NCBI GenBank assembly: GCA_018399435.1
Contig: JAGYOJ010000001.1
Span: 1 to 34,020 of the forward strand
Reading direction: 5' to 3'
Source: Actinomycetota bacterium
Lineage (GTDB): Bacteria; Actinomycetota; Humimicrobiia; Humimicrobiales; Humimicrobiaceae
Length of the DNA stretch: 34,020 nt
A program made the translations under genes and the position numbers. Numbering within the stretch: the stretch's first letter is position 1; every line of letters starts with the position of its first letter. The notes under the pieces are model-generated. The model had not been told where the DNA came from and ran no database searches. It worked only from the letters and a program-made list of their open reading frames with translations. This document shows positions 27,656 to 34,020 of the stretch, in pieces.

Positions 27656-27925
27656 ATGGCTGAAAACCAAAGACCCAGCGGACTTGCAATAGCTTCACTT
27701 GTTACAGGAATATTATCTATCTTATCACCTTTTGCAGGTTTTGCCTTAGGGATTGCAGGCATTGTCTGCGGCGCTATTGACATGAGCAGAATAAAGAAGG
27801 GCTTGTCCAGCGAAAAAGGTAAAGGCCTTGATATAGCAGGCATAATAACTGGCGCAGTTGGAATTGTAGTTCAAATTGTAATAATTATTGTAATTATAGT
27901 TGCCAGCTTTAAATATTTTACATAA
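27656..27925 (+). CDS. DUF4190-like small membrane protein
   Basis: 89 aa with a strong SD (AAAGGAGG, 5-6 nt before the ATG). It has two to three hydrophobic helices, and the GLAIASLVTGILSI...GIAGIVCG pattern is typical of DUF4190. The overlapping minus-strand ORFs lack start signals. Confidence 0.7.
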   Translation: MAENQRPSGLAIASLVTGILSILSPFAGFALGIAGIVCGAIDMSRIKKGLSSEKGKGLDIAGIITGAVGIVVQIVIIIVIIVASFKYFT

Positions 27926-27957
27926 CTTCAATAAAGCAAAGCTTAACTTAATTATTT

Positions 27958-27985
27958 CCGCCTTGCCTTTTTTAGGGTAAGGCGG
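27958..27985 (+). terminator. Hairpin terminator after the DUF4190 gene
   Basis: CCGCCTTGCC-TTTTTTAG-GGTAAGGCGG forms about 10 bp including one G-U pair, followed on the plus strand by CTTCATTTTATT. It abuts the holB stop (27988). Confidence 0.5.
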
Positions 27986-27987
27986 CT

Positions 27988-29013
27988 TCATTTTATTGCA
28001 ACTATAAGATTTAGAAGCACATTATCCAAGGCTAATTCATGATTTATAGAAGAGTTTAGGTAGGCTCTGTTTTTTTCAATTATCTCAGATATTTTAAAAA
28101 TCTTTTCAATATTTAGCCCTTTAATATTTCTTAAAGAAGAAAAATTGCCTTCCTCATTTAAAGCTTCCTTTTCCGCTCCCAGGCTAGCAGAGGCAATGTC
28201 TTCGGTCCAATCCAGCAGCCTGTCAAATGCTTTTCCTGTAACTTTCTTTTTTAGCCTGGCTATTTTTCTTTTTTGCCTATTTTTAAGCAATTTAATATAG
28301 CCTTCCGGCTCTTTATTTTTTTCCGCTTCTTTTATCTGGCCCGCCATACCCTTTTTTAAATCTTTTTCAAAGCCTGAAATAAAATTTTTAATACTTATGC
28401 TGGTATCAAGGGCTGCATCCTTTCTACCATCTAATATTTTTTTAATGCCATTATCTATAATCTGATCTAATTTTCTAAAATCTATTATTTTTTCAGTTTC
28501 ATCCTCTAAAAAATCCCACCCGTATCCAGTACACCTTGAAACAATAGTTGGCAATAGCATTGATTTATCTTCTGCAAGCAACATAAAGATACAGTCTTTA
28601 TCTGGCTCTTCTAGTGTTTTTAAAAGCTTATTTGCTCCGGCATCGTTTATAGTTTCAGCCTCCCTTATAATTATTATCTTTTTTCCTTCATTATAGGAGG
28701 AGCGGGAAGAAAACCTCTGGATATTCTCTATTATGGGAACGGTTAATATATTTCCTTCAGGCTCTGCAATAAATAAATTAGGATAAATTCCCTTGAGGGT
28801 ATTTTTGCATACAACACATTTTCCACATCCCCCATTTTTGCAATTTATAAAAGCCGCAAAATTTAAAGCAAGCTTGTAAAGGAAACCGTGATTGTTTCCT
28901 GTAAAAAGGAAAGCGTGGGTTAAATTTCTGCTCCTGACATTTTCTTTTAATAGCTTTATTTGCAGATTGTTTTTCTTTTCATCTTTTAAAAAACTTAAAT
29001 TATCTAATATCAT
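27988..29013 (-). CDS. holB: DNA polymerase III subunit delta'
   Basis: 341 aa. It has an HAFLFTG-type degenerate P-loop region, a Zn module (CKNGGCGKCVVCKN), ANKLLKTLEEP and the SRC motif (VSRC). The ATG overlaps the tmk stop (ATGA). Confidence 0.87.
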   Translation of the reverse strand: MILDNLSFLKDEKKNNLQIKLLKENVRSRNLTHAFLFTGNNHGFLYKLALNFAAFINCKNGGCGKCVVCKNTLKGIYPNLFIAEPEGNILTVPIIENIQRFSSRSSYNEGKKIIIIREAETINDAGANKLLKTLEEPDKDCIFMLLAEDKSMLLPTIVSRCTGYGWDFLEDETEKIIDFRKLDQIIDNGIKKILDGRKDAALDTSISIKNFISGFEKDLKKGMAGQIKEAEKNKEPEGYIKLLKNRQKRKIARLKKKVTGKAFDRLLDWTEDIASASLGAEKEALNEEGNFSSLRNIKGLNIEKIFKISEIIEKNRAYLNSSINHELALDNVLLNLIVAIK

Positions 29014-29639
29014 CTATTTTTTAGCTTTTTTTCTACCTTTTCTTTTATAATTCTAAATATGTCATTAATATCCTTTTCCCCGTTTATAACGGTAAATCTT
29101 TCCGGGAAATCCCTGGCTAAATCCAGGTAGCCGTCAAATACCTTTTTCTTAAAACTTGCTTTTTCTCTTTCTATCCTGTCCGGGCCCAGCCCGCTTACCT
29201 TTTTTCTTTTCTCCCCCATGCCTGGCTTTACCGACAGAAGAAAGGTAATGTCTGGAACAAGATTTCCTGTAGCCCACAGGCTCATATCTAGTATTTTCTC
29301 TTTCCCAAGACCCCTTGCAATCCCCTGGTATGCCATAGTGGAATCAAAGAACCTGTCGCAAATTATTATTTTCCCTTCATTGATTGCGGGGACGATAACT
29401 TTTGATACAAGCTCTGTCCTGGAAGCTAAAAAAAGAAAAGTTTCTGCTTTTGGGCTTATCTCTACCCCTTTTGTGTTAAGCAGTATCTTTCTTATCTTTT
29501 TTCCAAGCCTGGTCCCGCCAGGCTCAATAGTAGAGACAACATCATACCCTTTGCCTGAAAGGTAATTATATAAAAGCTTTATCTGGGTTGTTTTGCCAGA
29601 TCCGTCAAGACCTTCAAATGTAATAAATAAGCCCTTCAA
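29010..29639 (-). CDS. tmk: Thymidylate kinase
   Basis: MKGLFITFEGLDGSGKTTQ P-loop and the DRFFDS (DRY-like) motif. The start is TTG; an in-frame TAA two codons upstream excludes a longer ORF. Confidence 0.93.
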   Translation of the reverse strand: MKGLFITFEGLDGSGKTTQIKLLYNYLSGKGYDVVSTIEPGGTRLGKKIRKILLNTKGVEISPKAETFLFLASRTELVSKVIVPAINEGKIIICDRFFDSTMAYQGIARGLGKEKILDMSLWATGNLVPDITFLLSVKPGMGEKRKKVSGLGPDRIEREKASFKKKVFDGYLDLARDFPERFTVINGEKDINDIFRIIKEKVEKKLKNR

Positions 29640-29654
29640 TTTTTAAAATTATAG

Positions 29655-29683
29655 ATTATATTTCTAATATTTTAACATGTAAA
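29655..29683 (-). promoter_or_regulatory. Near-consensus sigma70 promoter TTTACA-17 nt-TATAAT upstream of tmk
   Basis: On the minus strand, TTTACA lies at 29683-29678 and TATAAT at 29660-29655, with exactly 17 nt between. A second TATAAT (29653-29648) follows one base later. Confidence 0.5.
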
Positions 29684-29700
29684 AAGACTAAATTCATAAA

Positions 29701-32700
29701 TTAACCAGTTTTTTGCTTGTTTTTCTTGAAAAGCTTAGCCTGGTACATAAATGCTTCAAGCCTGGTTTCAGTTGTGCCCTGCTCCAGCCCATCAAAAGCT
29801 AGGTTAAGCCATGGCACCTTGTATTTTTCCCTTATCCTTTTAGAAGTTGCAGTAACAATAGTTCCGGGCATGCAGGTAAAGGGCATTACATTTATAATGC
29901 CGTCACAGCCTTCCTCAATCCAGGTAACAGATTTTCCAACGCTTAATGCTGCTTCACCAAACCATTTTATAATATAAGGTTCTGCATTATCCCAGGTATG
30001 GTAAATATTGTGGTTCTCTTTTTTTAGGAAACCTTCCAGCGGCTTCTCTAATTTTTCCAAGTAATTGCTTACTATTTTGTAATTTATTCTATTTACTATA
30101 AAGAACCTTATAGACCTTAAATAATCAATAGCCATTCCAGGCAGGCTTTCGCTCTTTTTATATTTGTTTCCATTAAAACTAAAAGAGTTTAACATTTTAT
30201 AAAATAGGTCACTGCTTTTAATGCGGTTATCCATTTTACTGGTGGCAGTGGTATGGCTAAACCATTCAGAAATATTTGGTATCTCAACCTGGCCTCCAAG
30301 CCTTTCAACATTGTTTATTATTTCATTATTGCTATAAGGATGGTTTCTTACATAAATTTCTCCCACTATCCCTATAAGGGGCTTATCCCTTTCATCTCTT
30401 ACTTCTATATTTTCAAAGTTTTTTCTAGCATGCTTTAAAATTGAGAGGAGGTTTGGAAAAATATTTCCATATTCTTCTTCTTCTAAAACCCTGCATACAT
30501 TGCCTAAATAGCCTTTATAAACCTTTTCTGCCTGGCCCTTATCTATCTCATAAGGCTTTACATGCCTTAACATCCTATAGAGGTTATCTATTGCAAAAAC
30601 GCCTTGCAAGCCCCTTAAAAGCAGCCTATAGCCCCTAATCCCATTCATGTCATACTGTTTATAGAAATTTGCGCTTTCAGGCGCCCCCGGGGAAATCAAT
30701 GGCACATCATCATAACCTAATTCCCCTATTATTATGTTCTGCAGCTTATTATATTGGCCAAACCTGCAGGGCCCATAAGTTAGCGGCATAAGGAATGCGC
30801 ATTTTTTAGGGTCATTGTATTTTAGGACTTTTAATATATCTCCAGTTGTTATTATAAAGGGATAACATTCCTTGCCTAAAGTATGGCGCCTTCCAAGATC
30901 GAGGGTTTCATCATCAGAGTCCATAATTTCTGCCTTTATTCCCTCATGTTTAAAAGCAGAGCCAAGGGCATGGGCACTATCGCTCATGTAAGGTATATAA
31001 ATAGTCCTTTGCTGTTCTTTTTTGAACACTGGATGTAAGCTTTTTACCCTGGCGGGCTCAAATTCTTTTTTACCCTTTATATTTCTCAAAGAATCTACAA
31101 AGGCCTCGCATCTTGTTACCACGCCTGCCCCGCCAGTATGTTCATCAATTTCAATTTTTAAAAATGGCTTATTCATTTCCCTTTCAAAATACTGGAGGAT
31201 AAATGAATCCGGCCCGCATCCAAAATTTGTAAGATATGCCCCGTAAAGCCTCCTGTCCTTCTTTATTATTTCCGCTCCGCTCATTATCCTGTCCCCAAAC
31301 TCCCAATAAAGGTTGGGCCATTCGCCTGATAAATCTACAGAATCAAGAGGCAAAAAGTCTAAAGGAATAACTTTCATCTTTGTTTCCCTTAACTTTTTGG
31401 GGATATCCATGCTTATACTTCTATCACAGCTATTATAGGAGCGGCTAACTACAACAATTGCTGATTCATCTTCCCCTAAGCTGTCAAGCACTTCCTTCCC
31501 TTTTTCCCTCAAAGACACATAAAATTTTTGTTGTGCCTTATAAGCTGCACCAGTAGCTTGTTTAATTTTTCCGCTGCCAAAGCCTAAGCCCTTCCCTAAT
31601 TTTCTTAGCTGGTTTTCCTTGGCATAGCCTTCATAGCTAAAATTTATTATAGGGTCCAGGACTTTAACTCCATCCAGGTCTATTGCAGCTTTAACTATAG
31701 ACGGTATGCCCTGCACAAATGGGCAGGGGTAGCTTCCTGTCCTATCTCCCTTTATTGCATTATTCTTTCCCGGCATATCCCTTATGGTTGGAAGGAAAAG
31801 GTAATCTATTCCCTTATCCAGCAAATTATGCACATGGCCCAGCATTGCCTTCATGGGAAAACAAGTCTCAGCAATTACAGACTGGAGGCCGCTTTGTACA
31901 ATATTTTTATTGGTTTTATCTGATAAGACGACTTCGGCTCCAAGGGTGTCAAAAAATGCGCTCCAAAAAGGGTAGAATTCATAAGTTAGCATTGTATAAG
32001 GGATTCCGACCCTTTTAGCTTTTGGATTGCCTTTTAGCTCATAAGAGCCTAGAAGTATTTTTTCCCTCTCTTCAAAGTAATCAGGCATATTATTTTTCTT
32101 GGCTTTAGTTTTTTCATATTTTTCGCATCTCCCGCCATAAAAAAGCGGCTTTTCTCCTTCAATTGAAACCTTCTTTATATCACACCTGTTAGCACAACCC
32201 TTACATTCAAAAGAGCTCTGTGAATATTTTACCCCGGCGATTTTGCTAAATCCCCTGAAATTTGTTTTGCCCCTGTCATTTTTTAGGGCAACTATTGCAG
32301 TTCCTATTGCCCCTGTTACTTCATGGTGGGGAGGGACAATTATCTTCTTGTCCAGGTAATTTTCAAATGCAGCCACTACTGAGCTATTATATGCTACCGC
32401 GCCCTGGAAAAATATCTTATCCCCTATTTTTTTTCTTCCAACTACCCTGTTTATGTAATTCATTACAATTGAATAGGATAGGCCGGCTAATATATTTTTA
32501 ACCTTAGCCCCTTTCTGGTAATGGGAGTAAACATTTGTTTCCATAAAAACAGTGCATCTTTCCCCAAGGTTTAAGGGGTTTCCAGCTTTTAATGCAATAC
32601 CTGCAAAATCCTCAATTTCTATATCAAACCTTTCAGACTGTTCCTCTAAAAAAGAACCAGTTCCTGCCGCGCATACCTTGTTCATTTCAAAATCCACAAC

Positions 32701-33972
32701 CACACCGCCTTCTAAGGATATAAATTTAGAATCCTGTCCCCCAATTTCAAAAATTGTATCTACAGACTTGTCAATATCAGCAGCTGCAGTTGCCTGGGCT
32801 GTAATTTCATTAATCACGCTATCAGCTCCAACAAAATCCCCTATAAGATACCTGCCGGATCCGGTTGTGCCCACTCCCCTAACGTTTAAATTAGGGCCTA
32901 CCTTATCCCCTATTATCTTAATGCCCTTCCTTACAGCCTCAATTGGCCTGCCTGCAGTTCTAAGATAGCATTTTGCTATAAGCTTTCTATCCTTATCAAT
33001 TGCCACCACATTGGTGCTAATTGAACCAACATCTATGCCTATATAAGCATCTACTTTTTTGCCATTAAAACTATATTCTTCATCCTTGTATTCGGGGAGT
33101 ATTGACCTTTCTAAGCTAAGGGGCTTAAAAGTCTCTTTTTCATATTTGTAATTAGCAATATATTTTTCTATAGAATCTATTATCTTAACCTCATCAATTT
33201 TTTTATCCTTGCCTGCAATGCTAATTGCAGCACCCAATGCGCCCATGGAAGCATTATGTGCTGGTATTAGAAGTTCCTCCCCTAAAATATCTGAAAAAGC
33301 CTTTATCATCGCCTTATTGTATGAAACCCCCCCACAGAATATGATAGGGGGATTAAATTTTTTGCCTTTTACAATTCCTGATTTAAAGCTCCTGGCCATT
33401 GCATAGCATAATCCTAGAATTATATCTTCATCCTTTGCGGCTTCCTGCTGAAGGTGGATCATGTCAGATTTAGCAAATACGCTACATCTTCCAGCTATAG
33501 TCTCAGGGTTTTTTGACTTTAGGGCAAGCTTTACAAATTCTTCTATTGAAAGGCCAAACCTTGTTGCCTGCTGGTCTAAAAAAGAGCCAGTGCCCGCGGC
33601 ACAAAGCTCATTCATGGCATAATCTCCAATAGCCAAGTCTATATACTTAGAATCCTGTCCGCCAATTTCAATAACGGTTTTAGCGTCCGGATAAAAGATT
33701 CTGGCTGAATTCATTAATGCTTCAATTTCATTTATAAACTTGCAGCCAATTGCTTCCGCAAAGCTTTTTCCGCTAATCCCTGTAAAAGATATTTCACAAA
33801 ACTCTTCATTTTTGTATTTGCTTGCTATATCCTTTAAGTCTTTTGCCAGTACTTTTAATGGCTCCCCGTGATGCCTGGTGTAGGGAAGTACATCTATAAT
33901 TTTCTTTTCACCATCAATAATCGCACGGTTCAAGCTGATAGAGCCGAGATCATAACCAATATATAGTTTCAT
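29701..33972 (-). CDS. Giant fusion protein: two BcrAD/BadFG-type (HgdC-like) activase ATPase domains plus a Cys-rich linker plus two 2-hydroxyacyl-CoA dehydratase-like (DUF2229/HgdB-like) domains
   Basis: 1423 aa. Activase repeats span aa 1-255 and 306-566, each with DxGS, EIGGQDSK, CAAGTGSF and RC(S/T)VF Cys pairs (C124/C163, C434/C473). The linker carries CxxCxxxC...C (C590/593/597/616). The C-terminal 770 aa carry ETCFPMK, FGCGPD, KECYPF, GPCRFGQ and FTCMPG blocks. Confidence 0.9.
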   Translation of the reverse strand: MKLYIGYDLGSISLNRAIIDGEKKIIDVLPYTRHHGEPLKVLAKDLKDIASKYKNEEFCEISFTGISGKSFAEAIGCKFINEIEALMNSARIFYPDAKTVIEIGGQDSKYIDLAIGDYAMNELCAAGTGSFLDQQATRFGLSIEEFVKLALKSKNPETIAGRCSVFAKSDMIHLQQEAAKDEDIILGLCYAMARSFKSGIVKGKKFNPPIIFCGGVSYNKAMIKAFSDILGEELLIPAHNASMGALGAAISIAGKDKKIDEVKIIDSIEKYIANYKYEKETFKPLSLERSILPEYKDEEYSFNGKKVDAYIGIDVGSISTNVVAIDKDRKLIAKCYLRTAGRPIEAVRKGIKIIGDKVGPNLNVRGVGTTGSGRYLIGDFVGADSVINEITAQATAAADIDKSVDTIFEIGGQDSKFISLEGGVVVDFEMNKVCAAGTGSFLEEQSERFDIEIEDFAGIALKAGNPLNLGERCTVFMETNVYSHYQKGAKVKNILAGLSYSIVMNYINRVVGRKKIGDKIFFQGAVAYNSSVVAAFENYLDKKIIVPPHHEVTGAIGTAIVALKNDRGKTNFRGFSKIAGVKYSQSSFECKGCANRCDIKKVSIEGEKPLFYGGRCEKYEKTKAKKNNMPDYFEEREKILLGSYELKGNPKAKRVGIPYTMLTYEFYPFWSAFFDTLGAEVVLSDKTNKNIVQSGLQSVIAETCFPMKAMLGHVHNLLDKGIDYLFLPTIRDMPGKNNAIKGDRTGSYPCPFVQGIPSIVKAAIDLDGVKVLDPIINFSYEGYAKENQLRKLGKGLGFGSGKIKQATGAAYKAQQKFYVSLREKGKEVLDSLGEDESAIVVVSRSYNSCDRSISMDIPKKLRETKMKVIPLDFLPLDSVDLSGEWPNLYWEFGDRIMSGAEIIKKDRRLYGAYLTNFGCGPDSFILQYFEREMNKPFLKIEIDEHTGGAGVVTRCEAFVDSLRNIKGKKEFEPARVKSLHPVFKKEQQRTIYIPYMSDSAHALGSAFKHEGIKAEIMDSDDETLDLGRRHTLGKECYPFIITTGDILKVLKYNDPKKCAFLMPLTYGPCRFGQYNKLQNIIIGELGYDDVPLISPGAPESANFYKQYDMNGIRGYRLLLRGLQGVFAIDNLYRMLRHVKPYEIDKGQAEKVYKGYLGNVCRVLEEEEYGNIFPNLLSILKHARKNFENIEVRDERDKPLIGIVGEIYVRNHPYSNNEIINNVERLGGQVEIPNISEWFSHTTATSKMDNRIKSSDLFYKMLNSFSFNGNKYKKSESLPGMAIDYLRSIRFFIVNRINYKIVSNYLEKLEKPLEGFLKKENHNIYHTWDNAEPYIIKWFGEAALSVGKSVTWIEEGCDGIINVMPFTCMPGTIVTATSKRIREKYKVPWLNLAFDGLEQGTTETRLEAFMYQAKLFKKNKQKTG

Positions 33973-34020
33973 TATTTCCCCTGGTGAAGTTTATAATAAA
34001 ATGATATGTTATGCTAACAA

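Noticed and set aside
27595-27991. Two minus-strand ORFs (82 aa and 81 aa) overlapping the DUF4190 gene
   Set aside because: They have no SD and odd composition (one is N/Y-rich from reading an Ile/Val-rich TM segment backwards). The plus-strand gene has a strong AAAGGAGG SD and a family-typical sequence.
1-34020. Search for CRISPR arrays, IS elements or transposases, integrases, prophage genes, toxin-antitoxin pairs, restriction-modification or other defence modules, and long direct or inverted repeats
   Set aside because: None found by eye. Every ORF of 200 aa or more has a recognisable housekeeping or metabolic identity, intergenic spaces are short, and I saw no compositional break. I therefore do not claim a novel defence or mobile system here.

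Overview
AT-rich bacterial chromosomal segment with dense core-gene content and Firmicutes-like synteny. I call 33 protein genes, one tRNA and one T-box leader. The plus strand carries the tail of a V-type ATPase operon (C-F-A-B-D), then tsaC, a YwlE-like phosphatase, rpiB and glyA. A long minus-strand block follows: rho, rpmE, an orphan ORF, DUF1385, prfA, prmC and an ArsB/NhaD-type permease. Next come a T-box-controlled stand-alone trpB2 and a tightly packed array: ricT, tRNA-Thr, argS, lysA, hom, thrC, apgM-like, thrB, an ABC-2 exporter and sppA. The window ends with a giant activase/dehydratase-like fusion gene followed by tmk and holB on the minus strand, and a small plus-strand DUF4190 gene between holB and ricT. 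I found no CRISPR array, transposase, integrase, prophage remnant, long repeat or recognisable defence/toxin module. This is housekeeping territory, and I cannot support a claim of a clearly novel multi-gene system. The points most worth follow-up: (1) a complete Trp-specific T-box driving an orphan TrpB2; (2) the 1423-aa double-activase plus double-dehydratase-like fusion of unknown substrate; (3) an ApgM-family 'proposed homoserine kinase' next to a canonical ThrB; (4) a tRNA-Thr(CGU) wedged 3 nt after ricT and 11 nt before the likely argS start; (5) a very basic 103-aa orphan ORF overlapping the rpmE stop in an ATGA junction; (6) a YwlE-like phosphatase with an internal 41-codon duplication. 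All calls rest on reading the sequence and recalling family motifs; no searches were run.
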